The notes under the pieces: generated by a model | Told to the model about the DNA's origin: nothing | Database searches by the model: none | The model's input: the letters and a program-made list of their open reading frames with translations, nothing else | Shown here: positions 47,418 to 58,210 of the stretch, one piece after another | Numbering within the stretch: the first letter of the stretch is position 1 | Layout of the letters: every line of letters begins with the position of its first letter | Assembly: GCA_963845925.1 (NCBI GenBank) | Contig: CAWJUA010000025.1 | Span: 88,600-152,599 of the forward strand | Length of the DNA stretch: 64,000 nucleotides | From: an uncultured Chloroflexia bacterium | GTDB lineage: Bacteria; Chloroflexota; Limnocylindria; Limnocylindrales; CSP1-4 | Direction of reading: 5' to 3' | Program-made: the position numbers and the translations under genes

Positions 47418-50400
47418 ATGTCTCGATCGGCAGGCCGGCGCGGTTCCGTCCTCATCCTTGTTCCCGTCCTCGCCTCGCTCGTCCTCGCGCTCCTGGCGCC
47501 GTCGGCCGTCGCGGCCGCGAGCCACTCCGCCGTCGAGCGGGCCAAGGTCATCGTCACGTTCCACGGGCCGCCCGGCAAGGCGGCGGAGCGGGTGATCGAG
47601 AAGTACGGCGGCAAGGTCGACAAGAAGCTCGCCCTCGTCAACGGTCTGGCCGCCCGCGTCCCGAAAGGCCAGCTCAAGCAGCTGGCCGGGGAGCCCGGCG
47701 TCAAGACGGTCGAGCCCGATGTCTCGCTGCAGGCGTTCGACCTCGAGTACGACAACGCCTGGGGCGTGAAGAGGATCGGCACGCCGGCCGTCCACGCCGC
47801 GGGCGTCTGGGGCGACGGCGTCAAGGTCGCGGTCATCGATACCGGCATCGACTACATCCACGACGACCCGGACAACATCCCGTACGTCGTCGACCCCGAG
47901 TTCCTGCACAACTACAAGGGCGGCTACGACTTCGTGAACAACGACGCCGACCCGATGGACGACAACGGCCACGGGACGCACGTCGCGGGCATCCTCGCCG
48001 CCGAGAAGAATGGCTACCTCGTCGCCGGCGTCGCGCCGCACGTCGACCTGTACGGGCTGAAGATCCTCGACGCGGCCGGCAACGGCGACGAGTCGAACCT
48101 GATCCTCGCCCTCCAGTGGGCGGTCGACCACGACATCGACGTCGTCAACATGAGCCTCGGGACGCACACGAACGTCCCGGCGATGCAGACCGCGGTCGAG
48201 AACGCGGCTGCAGCCGGCGTCCTCCTCGTCGCGGCGTCCGGAAACGCCACCACGATCCAGGACCTGATCTCCGGCTGCCCGGTCGCCTACCCGGCCGCCT
48301 ACCCGCAGGTCCTCTCGACGACGTTCACGAACCAGAGCGACGCCCTGACGGGCTTCTCCTGCACCGGCCCCGAGGTTGACTTCGCCTCGCCCGGCGACCA
48401 GATCTTCTCGACGGTCCCGATCGGGCCGTGCCAGAACTGCGACCCGCACGGCTACAAGGCGCTGAGCGGCACCTCGATGGCCTCGCCCCACCTCGCGGGC
48501 GCCGTCGCCCTGCTCCTCTCGGCGGGGATCACCGACCAGGGTGCGCCCGGGCTGTTCGACGACGTCAGAGCGCAGCTCTGCTCGACTGCCACGACCGGCT
48601 TCGGCGTCAACTCGACGCCGATCCCGACGAGCGACCCGCGCTACGCGAAGTACTTCGGCTGCGGCGTGATCAACGTGAGCAACGCAGTGCTGCCGCTGCT
48701 ATCGGCCGACTCCCCGGTTGCAACCGATGACACGGCCACGACGGCCGAGGACACGCCCGTCAGCGTGACGGTCCTCGCGAACGACACGGACCCCAACAAC
48801 GACCCGCTGACCGTGACCGGCGCGACCGATCCGCCCCATGGCACGGCCGCCGTCCAGGGCGACGGCACGGTCCTCTACACGCCGGACGCCAACTACAACG
48901 GGTCCGACAGCTTCACCTACACGGTCTCGGACGGAACGCACACCGACACCGGCGCCGTCGCGATGACGGTCACACCGGGCGAGGACCCGCCGGTCGCGAC
49001 CGATGACGCCCTGGTCACGCTGTTGAACACCGCGGCCAACGTCGCGGTCCTGGCAAACGACACCGACATCGACGGTGACGCCTTGACCGTGACCGGCGCC
49101 AGCGCGCCGAGCCACGGCACGGCGACGGTCCTCCCGGACGGCTCGATCACCTACGCCCCGAACCTGGGCTACAACGGCTCCGACGGGTTCGACTACACCG
49201 TCTCCGACGGCAACGGCGGCTCCGACGTCGGCCACGTCGCGGTCACGGTCGCCGCATCGAGTACGCCACCAAACGCGGTGGATGACGCCGCAGGCGTGAA
49301 CGAGGATGGCAGCGTCGACGTCGCCGTGCTCGCGAACGACAGCGATCCGAACGGCGGCGGGCTGACGGTCACGTCGGTGGGCGCAGCCGCGCACGGCATC
49401 GCGACGCTCAATGGCAACGGGACCGTGCATTACGTCCCGGCAGCGAACTACAACGGAGCCGACTCGTTCGGGTACTCGATCAGGGACAGCATCGGCTTCA
49501 CGGACTCGGCGACGGTCAGCGTGACCGTGAGCCCGGTCAACGACCCGCCGACGGCGGCCGGCGACACCGCGTCGCTCAACGAGGACACCTCGACCGCGAT
49601 CAACGTCGTCGGCAACGACACCGATGTCGACGGCGACACGCTCACGCCGATCGCGATCGGCGGCTCGCCCGTCGGGGCCGTCGCGATCAACGGCAACGGC
49701 ACGATCCAGTACACGCCGCCGCCGAACTACTACGGCAGCGACTCGTTCAGCTACACCGTATCTGACGGCCACGGCGGCACGGCGTCGGCGAACGTGACGG
49801 TGACGGTCGCCGCGGTCAACGACCCACCGACCGCGGACCCGAAGACTTACACGACGAACTACGGGACTGCGGTCACGGCGACACTGACCGGCGCCGACAT
49901 CGAGACCTGCGAGCTGTCGTTCCAGATCGTCACGCCTCCGGCTCACGGGTCGCTGGGCGGGATCGGCAGCAAGATCTGCGTAACCCTGCTTCCGCCCTAC
50001 TCAGACTCGGCGACCGTGAAGTACACGCCGGCGTCGGGCTGGTCCGGCGTCGACACCTTTACGTATCGCGTTCGTGATGGCGTGCTGTACAGCGCGCCTG
50101 CGACCGTCACCGTGACGACGGGGCCGCCGGTGCTCCTGCATGTTGGCGACCTGGACGGCAACACAGTCGTGAACACGTCGACGCGGTACACGATCAACAT
50201 CACAGTCTTCGTCCACGACGGCACGCATGGTCCCGTCAGCGGCGTGACCGTCACGGGCAACTGGAGTGGCGCAACGACGGGCGGCGTGTCGTGCAAGACC
50301 ACGACCGCCGGCACGTGCGTGCTCTCGAAGGGCAACATCCTGCGAGGGTCCGGGAACGTGACGCTGACGATCGCCGGGCTGGCTCTATCGCCGATCGGCG

Positions 50401-50474
50401 TGTACACGCCCTCCTCGAACCACGATCCCGATGCCGACAGTAACGGGAGCGTGATCGTCCTGACTTCGCCTTAG
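47418..50474 (+). CDS. secreted S8-family (subtilisin-like) peptidase with five tandem Ig/cadherin-like repeats
   Basis: ATG at 47418 with GGAGGGA 10 nt upstream. Signal/TM segment, propeptide, then the catalytic triad motifs 'VIDTGID', 'HGTHVAG' and 'GTSMASPH'. Five ~95-aa repeats follow ('..DDTATTAEDTPVSVTVLANDTD..TVTGA..HGTA..Y.GSDSFTYTVSDG..'). The 1018-aa ORF is intact. Confidence 0.85.
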   Translation: MSRSAGRRGSVLILVPVLASLVLALLAPSAVAAASHSAVERAKVIVTFHGPPGKAAERVIEKYGGKVDKKLALVNGLAARVPKGQLKQLAGEPGVKTVEPDVSLQAFDLEYDNAWGVKRIGTPAVHAAGVWGDGVKVAVIDTGIDYIHDDPDNIPYVVDPEFLHNYKGGYDFVNNDADPMDDNGHGTHVAGILAAEKNGYLVAGVAPHVDLYGLKILDAAGNGDESNLILALQWAVDHDIDVVNMSLGTHTNVPAMQTAVENAAAAGVLLVAASGNATTIQDLISGCPVAYPAAYPQVLSTTFTNQSDALTGFSCTGPEVDFASPGDQIFSTVPIGPCQNCDPHGYKALSGTSMASPHLAGAVALLLSAGITDQGAPGLFDDVRAQLCSTATTGFGVNSTPIPTSDPRYAKYFGCGVINVSNAVLPLLSADSPVATDDTATTAEDTPVSVTVLANDTDPNNDPLTVTGATDPPHGTAAVQGDGTVLYTPDANYNGSDSFTYTVSDGTHTDTGAVAMTVTPGEDPPVATDDALVTLLNTAANVAVLANDTDIDGDALTVTGASAPSHGTATVLPDGSITYAPNLGYNGSDGFDYTVSDGNGGSDVGHVAVTVAASSTPPNAVDDAAGVNEDGSVDVAVLANDSDPNGGGLTVTSVGAAAHGIATLNGNGTVHYVPAANYNGADSFGYSIRDSIGFTDSATVSVTVSPVNDPPTAAGDTASLNEDTSTAINVVGNDTDVDGDTLTPIAIGGSPVGAVAINGNGTIQYTPPPNYYGSDSFSYTVSDGHGGTASANVTVTVAAVNDPPTADPKTYTTNYGTAVTATLTGADIETCELSFQIVTPPAHGSLGGIGSKICVTLLPPYSDSATVKYTPASGWSGVDTFTYRVRDGVLYSAPATVTVTTGPPVLLHVGDLDGNTVVNTSTRYTINITVFVHDGTHGPVSGVTVTGNWSGATTGGVSCKTTTAGTCVLSKGNILRGSGNVTLTIAGLALSPIGVYTPSSNHDPDADSNGSVIVLTSP

Positions 50475-50506
50475 CCCGCGCTCCGCCGAAGATCGTTGCG
50501 CTCGAG

Positions 50507-50530
50507 GGTGATGCCGTTCCAGGCATCACC
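50507..50530. terminator. hairpin between the convergent S8 peptidase and YyaL genes (candidate bidirectional terminator)
   Basis: 'GGTGATGCC-gttcca-GGCATCACC' forms a perfect 9-bp stem with a 6-nt loop. A third complementary copy 'ggaacggcatc' lies 30 nt downstream. It sits in the 76-nt gap between stop codons. Confidence 0.45.
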
Positions 50531-50550
50531 GTGCTCGGGCCCGCCCGCGA

Positions 50551-52596
50551 CTATGCCAGGAACGGCATCGACGCTGACCGCTCGACCTCCGCCGCGAGCG
50601 CGGCGGGGTCCGTGACCGGCAGGCGACAGGCGAAGTTCCGGCAGAGGTAGGCGGTCGGCCGGCCGTCGATCATCGTCCGACCGGCGAGCAACGGAACCGC
50701 CGACGCGTCCGGGTCCGCTGAGACCGCGACGACGAGGTTCCGGCCCGCGCGTCGGGCGGCTTCGAGGCCGGCGACGATCAGATCCTGCGTGGGTTCGTCG
50801 GCCGGGTCGCCGACGACGGCCAGCTCGTCGATGCCCTCGACCGCGAGGTGCGCGGCCGCCAGCCAGTTCGCGAACCCGGTCGGGTACCGGGCGAGGTACG
50901 GCGACACGGTCGCGATCGCCGCATCCGCGGCGGCGCGGTAGCGTGACTCCCCCGTCAGCGCCGCGAGACGCAGCAGGACCGTCGCCGCCATCGACGAGCC
51001 GGCGGGGGTCGCGTTGTCCTGGACGTCCTTCGGCCGGGTGACGAGCGCCTCGTGGTCGTCGGCGGTATCGAAGAAGCCGCCGGCGGGATCGGTGAAGTGG
51101 TGCGAGGATCGCGTCGGCGAGCTCGCGGGCGGCGACGAACCAGCGCTCGTCGAACGTCGCCTCGTAGAGCGCGAGCAGCCCATCGGCGAGATCGGCGTAG
51201 TCCTCGAGGACGCCTTCGCCGCTCGACCGGTCGTCCTTCCACGATCGACCGAGCCGGCCGTCGGGCCGGCGCAGCCCGGCGAGGATCCGGTCGGCCGCCG
51301 CAGTCGCCGCGTCCCCGTAGCGTGGCTCGTCGAACGCCCGACCGGCGTCGGCGAGCGCCGCGATCGCGAGCCCGTTCCAGGCGGCCAGCGCCTTGTCGTC
51401 TCGGGCCGGCTGCGGACGCGCCTGACGACGGGCGAGCAGCCGCGCGCGGGCACTCGTGAGGCGTGAATTCGAAGCCCGGGCTCGCCGGGAGGCGTGACCC
51501 GTCGGAGGATCGTCCGGCCCTCCCAGTTACCGTCGTCGGTCACGTCGTACTCGGCCGAGAAGGCCGGCGCGTCGTCGTCGAGGACCTCGCGGACCTCGGC
51601 CGCGCTCCAGACGAACGTCGCACCCTCCTCGCCGTTCGTGTCGGCGTCCTGGCTCGCGGCGAACGTCCCGTCGTCGCGGCGTAGCTCGCGGAGCACGTAG
51701 TCGAGCGTCCCGACGGCCACCTCGCGGTAGCGCTCGTCGCCGGTCGCCTCCCAGGCGTGGACATAGGCCCGGGCGAGCTGGGCGTTGTCGTAGAGCATCT
51801 GCTCGAAGTGCGGGACGAGCCAGATCGCGTCGGTCGCGTAGCGGTGGAAGCCGCCGCCCAGCTGGTCGTGGATCCCGCCGTCGGCCATCGCGTCGAGCGT
51901 CCGCCGCGCGACCGCGAGCGGACGCGGATCGCCGGTCGTGGCCGCGCGCCGGAGCAGGTACTCGATCGTCATCGGCTGGGGGAACTTGGGCGCGCTGCCC
52001 CAGCCGCCGTTGCGGGCGTCGAACTGGCGCTCGATCTCGGCGGTCGCCGCGTCGAGCAGCTCGCGCGTCGGCGCGGGTCCGGCCCCGGGCGACTGCGCCT
52101 GCGACGCGAGCGCCGCCACCATCCGCGCGGCCGACCCGACGACCTCGAGGCGGTCGTCGCGCCACGCCCCGGCGACGCCCGCCAGCACCTGGCGGAACGC
52201 GGGCAGCCCGTGCGTCGGCTGCGGCGGGAAGTAGGTGCCGCCGTAGAACGGCTGTCCGTCGGGCGTCAGGAACACGCTCATGGGCCAGCCGCCGCCGCCG
52301 GTCATCGCCTGGACCGCCGCCATGTAGACCTGGTCGAGATCCGGCCGCTCCTCGCGATCGACCTTCACCGCGACGAAGTCCCGGTTCAGGTCCTCGGCCG
52401 TGGCCGCGTCCTCGAAGCTCTCGCGCTCCATGACGTGGCACCAGTGGCAGGCCGCGTAGCCGATCGAGAGGAAGATCGGCTTGTCCTCGCGCTTCGCCCG
52501 TTCGAGCGCCTCCGGTCCCCACGGGTACCAGTCGACCGGGTTGTGGGCGTGCTGCAGGAGGTACGGGCTGGTCTCGTTCGCGAGGCGGTTGGGCAT
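50551..52596 (-). CDS. YyaL-like thioredoxin-domain protein (DUF255 plus six-hairpin glycosidase-like domain); contains a ~115-aa wrong-frame stretch
   Basis: The N-terminus is '[34 protein letters not shown]'. Residues ~395-510 of the ORF are Arg/Ser-rich junk. The true sequence ('[41 protein letters not shown]..') is in another frame between ~51470 and ~51100. Confidence 0.7.
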   Translation of the reverse strand: MPNRLANETSPYLLQHAHNPVDWYPWGPEALERAKREDKPIFLSIGYAACHWCHVMERESFEDAATAEDLNRDFVAVKVDREERPDLDQVYMAAVQAMTGGGGWPMSVFLTPDGQPFYGGTYFPPQPTHGLPAFRQVLAGVAGAWRDDRLEVVGSAARMVAALASQAQSPGAGPAPTRELLDAATAEIERQFDARNGGWGSAPKFPQPMTIEYLLRRAATTGDPRPLAVARRTLDAMADGGIHDQLGGGFHRYATDAIWLVPHFEQMLYDNAQLARAYVHAWEATGDERYREVAVGTLDYVLRELRRDDGTFAASQDADTNGEEGATFVWSAAEVREVLDDDAPAFSAEYDVTDDGNWEGRTILRRVTPPGEPGLRIHASRVPARGCSPVVRRVRSRPETTRRWPPGTGSRSRRSPTPVGRSTSHATGTRRLRRPTGSSPGCAGPTAGSVDRGRTTGRAAKASSRTTPISPMGCSRSTRRRSTSAGSSPPASSPTRSSHHFTDPAGGFFDTADDHEALVTRPKDVQDNATPAGSSMAATVLLRLAALTGESRYRAAADAAIATVSPYLARYPTGFANWLAAAHLAVEGIDELAVVGDPADEPTQDLIVAGLEAARRAGRNLVVAVSADPDASAVPLLAGRTMIDGRPTAYLCRNFACRLPVTDPAALAAEVERSASMPFLA

Positions 52597-52668
52597 GGAC
52601 GCATGGTACGTGCGGACATGCGAAGGCCCCGCCCGGCGCGCCGGACGGGGCCGAAAACTGGAAGGGAC

Positions 52669-54117
52669 CTACAGGCTCCCGAAGCGCCGCTTCGCGACCG
52701 GCGGCGCCGGGGCGATGTTCTGGTTGAGCTTGAACAGGTTCGTCGGGTCGTAGGCCCGCTTGACCTCGGCCAGGCGCTCGTACGTCGACCCGGGGAACGC
52801 CTCGCGGATCCGGGCTTCGCCCTCGGCCGCGAGGAAGTTCGAGTAGACGCCGGTGCCCTTCGCGGCGATCGCCTCGAAGTACTCCTGCGTCCAGGCCTCG
52901 TGGATCGGCGCCTCGGCCGGATCCTGGAACGACGTGATCAGCGCGAACAGGACCCGCGCGTCGCGCTGGGCGAACGCGGTCGCGTCGGCCGGCACGCGGG
53001 CCATCGCGCCGCCGAGGACGCGGATCTCGGTGATCGCGCCCGGCGTGGAGGGGGCGGCGACGCGGGTCAGGATCGTGTCGATCGCGTCATCGTCGAGGCC
53101 GTCGAGCATGACCGACCGGATGACGCCCGGGCCCGGCTTGCCGCCCTCGGCGGTGAAGTCGTAGATGCCCGGGTACGGCATCGGGAAGACGCCCTCGGCG
53201 AGCGGCGTCGCGAGCGCCCGGAACGGGGCGAGGGCCGCCTGGCCGGCCGCGATGTCGTCCGAGGCGTGGACGAACATCACGATCGCCGACGGCTTGAAGT
53301 GGAGCTCCTGTGGCACGAACGGCAGCGGCGGCGTCGGCATGATGAACGTGATCGTCGTCAGCTCCTCGGGCGCGTTCTCGCCGGCCGCGACGAGGCCCTC
53401 GAGGACCTCGCGGGTCACGGGCAGGAACAGCGCGCCGGCCAGGACGGTCCCGACCGGGTGGAGGCGGAAGACGAAGCGGGTCACGACGCCGAAGTTGCCG
53501 CCGCCGCCGCGGACCGCCCAGAAGAGGTCCGGGTTGCGCTGCTCGCTCGCGGTGACGATCCGGCCGTCGGCGGTGACGAGCTCGACCGAGACGAGGCTGT
53601 CGATGGTGAGGCCGTGCTTGCGGACGAGCCAGCCGATCCCGCCGCCGAGCGTCAGGCCGGCGAGTCCCACGCTGCCGGTGTCGCCGAACGGCGTCGCGAG
53701 CCCGTGGGCCGCGGCCGCGACCGTGTACTCGCCGGCGGTCAGGCCGGGCTGGGCCCAGGCGAGGCGCCGCTCGGGGTCGATGTGGAGGCCCTTCATCGCC
53801 GACAGGTCGACGACGAGGCCGCCGTCCGTGGCGCTGTGGATGCTGTGGCCGCCGGCCCGTACGGCGAGCTCCAGGCCGTGGTCGGCGGCGAACGTCACGG
53901 CCCGGGCGACGTCGGCGGCGTCCGCCGCGCGGACGATCAGCGACGGCTTCCGGTCGATCAGCGTGTTGTGGATGTGGCGGGCCTCGTCGTACGCCTCGTC
54001 GTCCGGGCGGATCACGGTGCCCGAGACGCTGGCAACGAGCGAGTCGATGTCGATCGAGGTGACGGGGGAAGAAGCGGCGGGGTCGTGGGGCGAGGGCGCG
54101 GGGAGGAGTGCAGCCAC
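52669..54117 (-). CDS. FAD-linked oxidase (FAD_binding_4/BBE-like oxidoreductase)
   Basis: 'LIVRAADAADVARAVTFAADHGLELAVRAGGHS' and 'GSVGLAGLTLGGGIGWL' are FAD-binding PCMH-fold motifs. The 482-aa ORF is intact. Confidence 0.75.
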   Translation of the reverse strand: MAALLPAPSPHDPAASSPVTSIDIDSLVASVSGTVIRPDDEAYDEARHIHNTLIDRKPSLIVRAADAADVARAVTFAADHGLELAVRAGGHSIHSATDGGLVVDLSAMKGLHIDPERRLAWAQPGLTAGEYTVAAAAHGLATPFGDTGSVGLAGLTLGGGIGWLVRKHGLTIDSLVSVELVTADGRIVTASEQRNPDLFWAVRGGGGNFGVVTRFVFRLHPVGTVLAGALFLPVTREVLEGLVAAGENAPEELTTITFIMPTPPLPFVPQELHFKPSAIVMFVHASDDIAAGQAALAPFRALATPLAEGVFPMPYPGIYDFTAEGGKPGPGVIRSVMLDGLDDDAIDTILTRVAAPSTPGAITEIRVLGGAMARVPADATAFAQRDARVLFALITSFQDPAEAPIHEAWTQEYFEAIAAKGTGVYSNFLAAEGEARIREAFPGSTYERLAEVKRAYDPTNLFKLNQNIAPAPPVAKRRFGSL

Positions 54118-54274
54118 GAGAGCTCCTTCGAGACTGGGAAGTGAATGAACGGTGGCCAGAGCGTGCCGCTCGAGGCCCGCAGCGGCTGCCGACGGCGGGC
54201 GGGCGGGTGCCTCGGTCGTTCGACTGAGCCGGCATGGACGGATGTCCGTGGCGGCCCGCCGCTACGATCCGCGG

Positions 54275-55159
54275 ATGCGCTACGGAATCGCCCTTCCCAA
54301 CTTCACCGACGTCGCCTCGCCCGAGGCCATCGAGGCCGCCGCCGCGGTCGCCGAGCGCCTTGGCTGGGACGCGGTCTGGACGACCGACCACGTCCTCGTC
54401 GATCGCGGCAACGAAGCCGCCGACTACCGGATCAACTACGACGCGATCGAGACGCTCGCCTGGGTCGGGGCGCGGCACCCGTCCGTTCGCCTCGGGACGA
54501 GCGTCCTCGTCGTGCCCCAGCGGAACGCCGTGATCCTGGCGAAGGAGCTGGCGACGCTCGACGCGCTGTCGGGCGGCCGCGTCGTCGCGGGCGTCGGCGT
54601 CGGCTGGAACGCGCGCGAGTTCGCGAACCTCGCGGCCGAGGACCGGTTCGCGGTCCGCGGCGCGTACCTGTCCGAGACGATCGCCCTGTGGCGCCATCTC
54701 TGGTCCGGCTCGTCCGAGCCGTTCAGCGGCCGGTTCCACAAGCTCGAAGACTTCGCGTTCGGGCCACTGCCGCCGCAGGGCGCCTCGCTCCCGATCTGGA
54801 TCGGGGCGCGGACCGACGCGGCGCTGCGGCGCGTCGGCCGCCTCGCGGACGGCTACCACTCGTCGGCGACGAGCCCTGAGGCGTACGCCCGCCGGCTGCC
54901 GGTGATCCGCGCCGCCGCCGATGAGGCGGGCCGACCGATGCCGGCGCTCTCGGCCCGCGTCCGGGTCGAGTTCGGGCCGGCGCCGCACGGGCCGACCTAC
55001 TACGCGATGCGCGGCACGCCCGACGAGGTCGCCGCCGAGGTCCGGGCGTACGCCGAGCTGGGGGTCGAGGACCTCGCGCTCGCGTTCAACGAGCTCCCGG
55101 CCGACGAGCTCGTCGCCGGCGCCGAGCGGTTCGCGGCGGAGGTCGCGCCGCTCGTCTGA
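54275..55159 (+). CDS. luciferase-like monooxygenase (LLM) family, probably F420-dependent, oxidoreductase
   Basis: The protein starts 'MRYGIALPNF' at M42 of ORF 54152..55159. 'LGWDAVWTTDHV' and a TIM-barrel LLM pattern follow. Confidence 0.7.
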   Translation: MRYGIALPNFTDVASPEAIEAAAAVAERLGWDAVWTTDHVLVDRGNEAADYRINYDAIETLAWVGARHPSVRLGTSVLVVPQRNAVILAKELATLDALSGGRVVAGVGVGWNAREFANLAAEDRFAVRGAYLSETIALWRHLWSGSSEPFSGRFHKLEDFAFGPLPPQGASLPIWIGARTDAALRRVGRLADGYHSSATSPEAYARRLPVIRAAADEAGRPMPALSARVRVEFGPAPHGPTYYAMRGTPDEVAAEVRAYAELGVEDLALAFNELPADELVAGAERFAAEVAPLV

Positions 55160-55176
55160 CGCTCAGCAGCCGCCGC

Positions 55177-56295
55177 TCAGCAGCCGTTGAAGCGCGGCAG
55201 GTTCTTGACGGTCGAGGGCTTGGCCGGCAGCGGCTGGAAGCGGCCGGTCGTCGGCCGGCTGCCCGGCTGGGTGAACAGCAGGCCCGCGACGTTCCGGATC
55301 TCGTCCATCTGGGCTTGCAAGACGTAGCCCCGGCTGTCGTACAGCTCGACGCCGCCGTTGCCCGCGCCGGGCTCGATGACCCGCCGGTTGAACCGCCCGG
55401 GGTTGATCGAGGCGGCCATCGCGCCGGCCGCGAGGATCGTCGCCGGCGAGAGGTCGGTGTGGATCGTGGGGATCTTGCCCAGCCAGCCGAGCGGGTCCTT
55501 CTCGGCGCCCTTCTCGATGATCCGGTCGCGGATCGCGACGAGGAGGCTCATCTGGCGGCGGACCCGTTGGAAGTCGCTGCCACCCACATCGTGGCGGACG
55601 CGGGCGAGCCCGAGCGCCTGCGGCCCGGTCAGGTGCCACCAGCCGGCCTTCGCCTCGAAGCCGCGGACGCCCAGCTGGTGGTAGCCGGGATCGCAGATCG
55701 CGTCGGCGACGTACTCGTCGACCCCGCCTAGCTTGTCGATCATCCCGGCGAACCCGTCCATGTCGATCGTCGCCCAGTGATCGATCGGCAGGTCGACGAG
55801 ATTGCCGACGACGCCGGCCAGGACCGCGAACGGCTCGTCGCCCTTCTTCCCGCCGAAGCGTTCAGGTTTCGCCTTGATCTCCGTGTAGACGGAGTTCAGC
55901 TTCTCCCGGTAGGTCGCGCCGCTCGGCAGCGGGAAGTCGGAGAGGTCGCGGGGCAGGGCGAGCAGCGACACGGTCTGGCCGACGGGGTCGAGCGAGGCGA
56001 CGATCAGCGTGTCGGTGAGCTCCGAGTGCTCCCGCTCGGTCGTGTTGTCGAGCCCGACGAGCAGGACGTTGAGCCGCTCCGTGCCCAGCCCCGACGAGAT
56101 GGCGGTCGCGGACGGCGACGGCGGGGTAGCGGTCGCAGGCGGTGGTGCGACGGAGGCGGACGGCCCGGCGGTGGCCGATGGCGTCGGCGACGAAGCGACC
56201 GGCGTGTCGATCGGCGACGGCGTCGCGGTGCCGCCGCAGGCGGCGACGAGGAGGAGGGCGAGGAAGAGGCCGGCGAGGCGGAGTCGGCGAGACAT
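55177..56295 (-). CDS. LytR-CpsA-Psr (LCP) family cell-envelope phosphotransferase, lipoprotein
   Basis: The lipobox is 'LLVAAC'. The LCP core is 'LNVLLVGLDNTTEREHSELTDTLIVASLDP..VSLLALPRD' and '..KLNSVY'. Confidence 0.75.
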   Translation of the reverse strand: MSRRLRLAGLFLALLLVAACGGTATPSPIDTPVASSPTPSATAGPSASVAPPPATATPPSPSATAISSGLGTERLNVLLVGLDNTTEREHSELTDTLIVASLDPVGQTVSLLALPRDLSDFPLPSGATYREKLNSVYTEIKAKPERFGGKKGDEPFAVLAGVVGNLVDLPIDHWATIDMDGFAGMIDKLGGVDEYVADAICDPGYHQLGVRGFEAKAGWWHLTGPQALGLARVRHDVGGSDFQRVRRQMSLLVAIRDRIIEKGAEKDPLGWLGKIPTIHTDLSPATILAAGAMAASINPGRFNRRVIEPGAGNGGVELYDSRGYVLQAQMDEIRNVAGLLFTQPGSRPTTGRFQPLPAKPSTVKNLPRFNGC

Positions 56296-56367
56296 CGCGG
56301 CCAAGGGTACGGGTTGCGGGGCTCGGGGTCGGTCCGGCGACGTGACGCCCAGTGCCAGGGGCGACGC

Positions 56368-57701
56368 TCAGCGGCGGCGCGCGACCGTCAGTCGAGGATC
56401 GGTGGCCGCGCCGCCGGTCGCCGTCGCGACGACGTCGGCCCGGTTCGCCCGGGCTGCCCGCTGGTCGCGCCGGATCCGGGCCAGCCAGGGCCACGCCGCG
56501 AGGCCGACGAGCAGGCTCAGGATCGCGCCGACCATCAGCGACGTCGGCACGCCCCACGACGAGGCGATCCAGCCCATCAGGAGGCCGCCCGCCGGCACGG
56601 ACCCCGCGAAGACCGTCGTGTAAAGGCTCATCACCCGGCCCCGGAGGTGGTCCGGCACCGACAGCTGGATCGTCGTGTTCGCGGTCACCGCCATGCCGAT
56701 GCCGCCCGCCCCCGACGATGACCATCGCGACCAGCGACAAGGCCGAAAGACGTCGAGAGCGCGACGACGATCGAGCCGAGGCCCAGCGCGATCGCGCCGA
56801 GGACGATCGGCAGCGGCGACACCTTCCGCTGGAACGCGATGTACAGCGCCGCGACCGTCGAGCCGAGGCCCGACGCCGCCATGAGGAAGCCGTAGCCGGC
56901 CGCGCCGACGTGGAGGACGTCGTCGGCGTAAGGCGGGATCAGCACCTGGAAGTTCATCCCGAACGTCGCCACGAGACCGACGACCGTGACGGAGAGCAGC
57001 ACCATCGGCGTGTGGCGGACGTAGCGGCCGCCCTCGGCGAGCGACGCGAAGACGCCGCGGACCGTCGTCGGCCGGACGATCGCCGGCATCTGCCGGAGCT
57101 CGTCCGTGCGCATCATCAGATAGGCCACGATCACCGCGATGTAGCTGATCCCGTTGATCAGGAACGCGATGGAGATGTCGAACGCGCCGATCAGCAGGCC
57201 GGCGACCGCCGGGCCGAGGATCCGCGACGCGTTGAACATCGCGGAGTTGAGCCCGACCGCGTTCGTGACGTCATCCCGACCGACCATCTCGACCGCGAAC
57301 GCCTGGCGTGTCGGCATGTCGATCGAGTTCGTGATGCCGAGGAGCGCGGCGAGGATCATCACGTGCCAGACCTGGACGACGCCGGTCACCGTGAGCAGGA
57401 AGAGCGCAAACGCCAGCAGCATCGACGACGTCTGCGTCGCCAGCAGGGTCCGGCGCTTGGGCCACTGGTCCGCGATGAGCCCGCCGAACAGCCCGAACAC
57501 GATCACCGGGCCGAACTGGGCGACCGACACGAGGCCGAGCCAGAGGGGGTCGTTCGTCAGCTGCAGCACGAGCCACGCCTGGGCGACCTGCTGCATCCAG
57601 GTGCCGATCAGCGAGATCAGCTGGCCGAAGAAGAACAGCCGGTAGTTGCGGTGGCGCATCGCCCGGAGGCCGTGGAAGCCTGCCAGCGGCGCGGCCGTCA
57701 T
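56368..57701 (-). pseudogene. MFS transporter (EntS/Bcr-like) with a frame change near 56700
   Basis: The N-terminal ten TM helices are in ORF 56685..57701. The last two TM helices are in 56368..56694. The junction lies in a 'ccccc' run. Its ATG overlaps the MerR stop as ATGA. Confidence 0.6.
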
Positions 57702-58210
57702 CGGGTGCCCTCGCCGCCGGCCGGCGCGTGGGCGTGCGGGGCGGGCCCGGTCCCCGTCCGGATCTCCTCGAGATGGGCCTCGAGATGGGCGCGGCGGCCC
57801 TCGGCCTCGGTCACCATCCCCTCGAGGCGGCCGATCTTGTCGCGGAGAATCGCGATCTGGCGGTCGACCCGGACGAACGCGTCCTCGACGATCGCGGTCC
57901 GCTCGTCGGGATCGTTCGTCGAGCGGAAGCGCTCGCGGTTGCGGGCGCGAGCGGCCTCGTCCTCGAGGAGCTGGCCGATCTCGGCGAGGCTGAACCCGGC
58001 GTCGTCGCGGAGGCCCTTGATGAACCGGAGCCGCTCGAGGTCGTCGTCGTCGTAGAGGCGGTAGGAGCCTTCGGAGCGGGCGGCGGGCTTGAGCAGCCCC
58101 AGCTCCTCGTAGTAGCGGATCGAGCGCGTCGTCAGCCCGACGTCCGCGGCGACCTGCTGGATCCGCAGCAACGGAACGGCAGCGGGCGCGTCGACATCGA
58201 GGTGACTCAT
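57698..58210 (-). CDS. MerR-family transcriptional regulator
   Basis: The HTH is 'LRIQQVAADVGLTTRSIRYYEELGLLKP', followed by a coiled-coil C-terminus. It is translationally coupled to the MFS gene downstream. Confidence 0.7.
   Translation of the reverse strand: MSHLDVDAPAAVPLLRIQQVAADVGLTTRSIRYYEELGLLKPAARSEGSYRLYDDDDLERLRFIKGLRDDAGFSLAEIGQLLEDEAARARNRERFRSTNDPDERTAIVEDAFVRVDRQIAILRDKIGRLEGMVTEAEGRRAHLEAHLEEIRTGTGPAPHAHAPAGGEGTR

Noticed and set aside
48700-50000. Tandem ~285-nt repeats, a possible CRISPR or satellite
   Set aside because: The repeats are in frame and encode the Ig/cadherin-like domains of the S8 peptidase. They are far longer than CRISPR repeats, have no spacers, and have no cas genes nearby.
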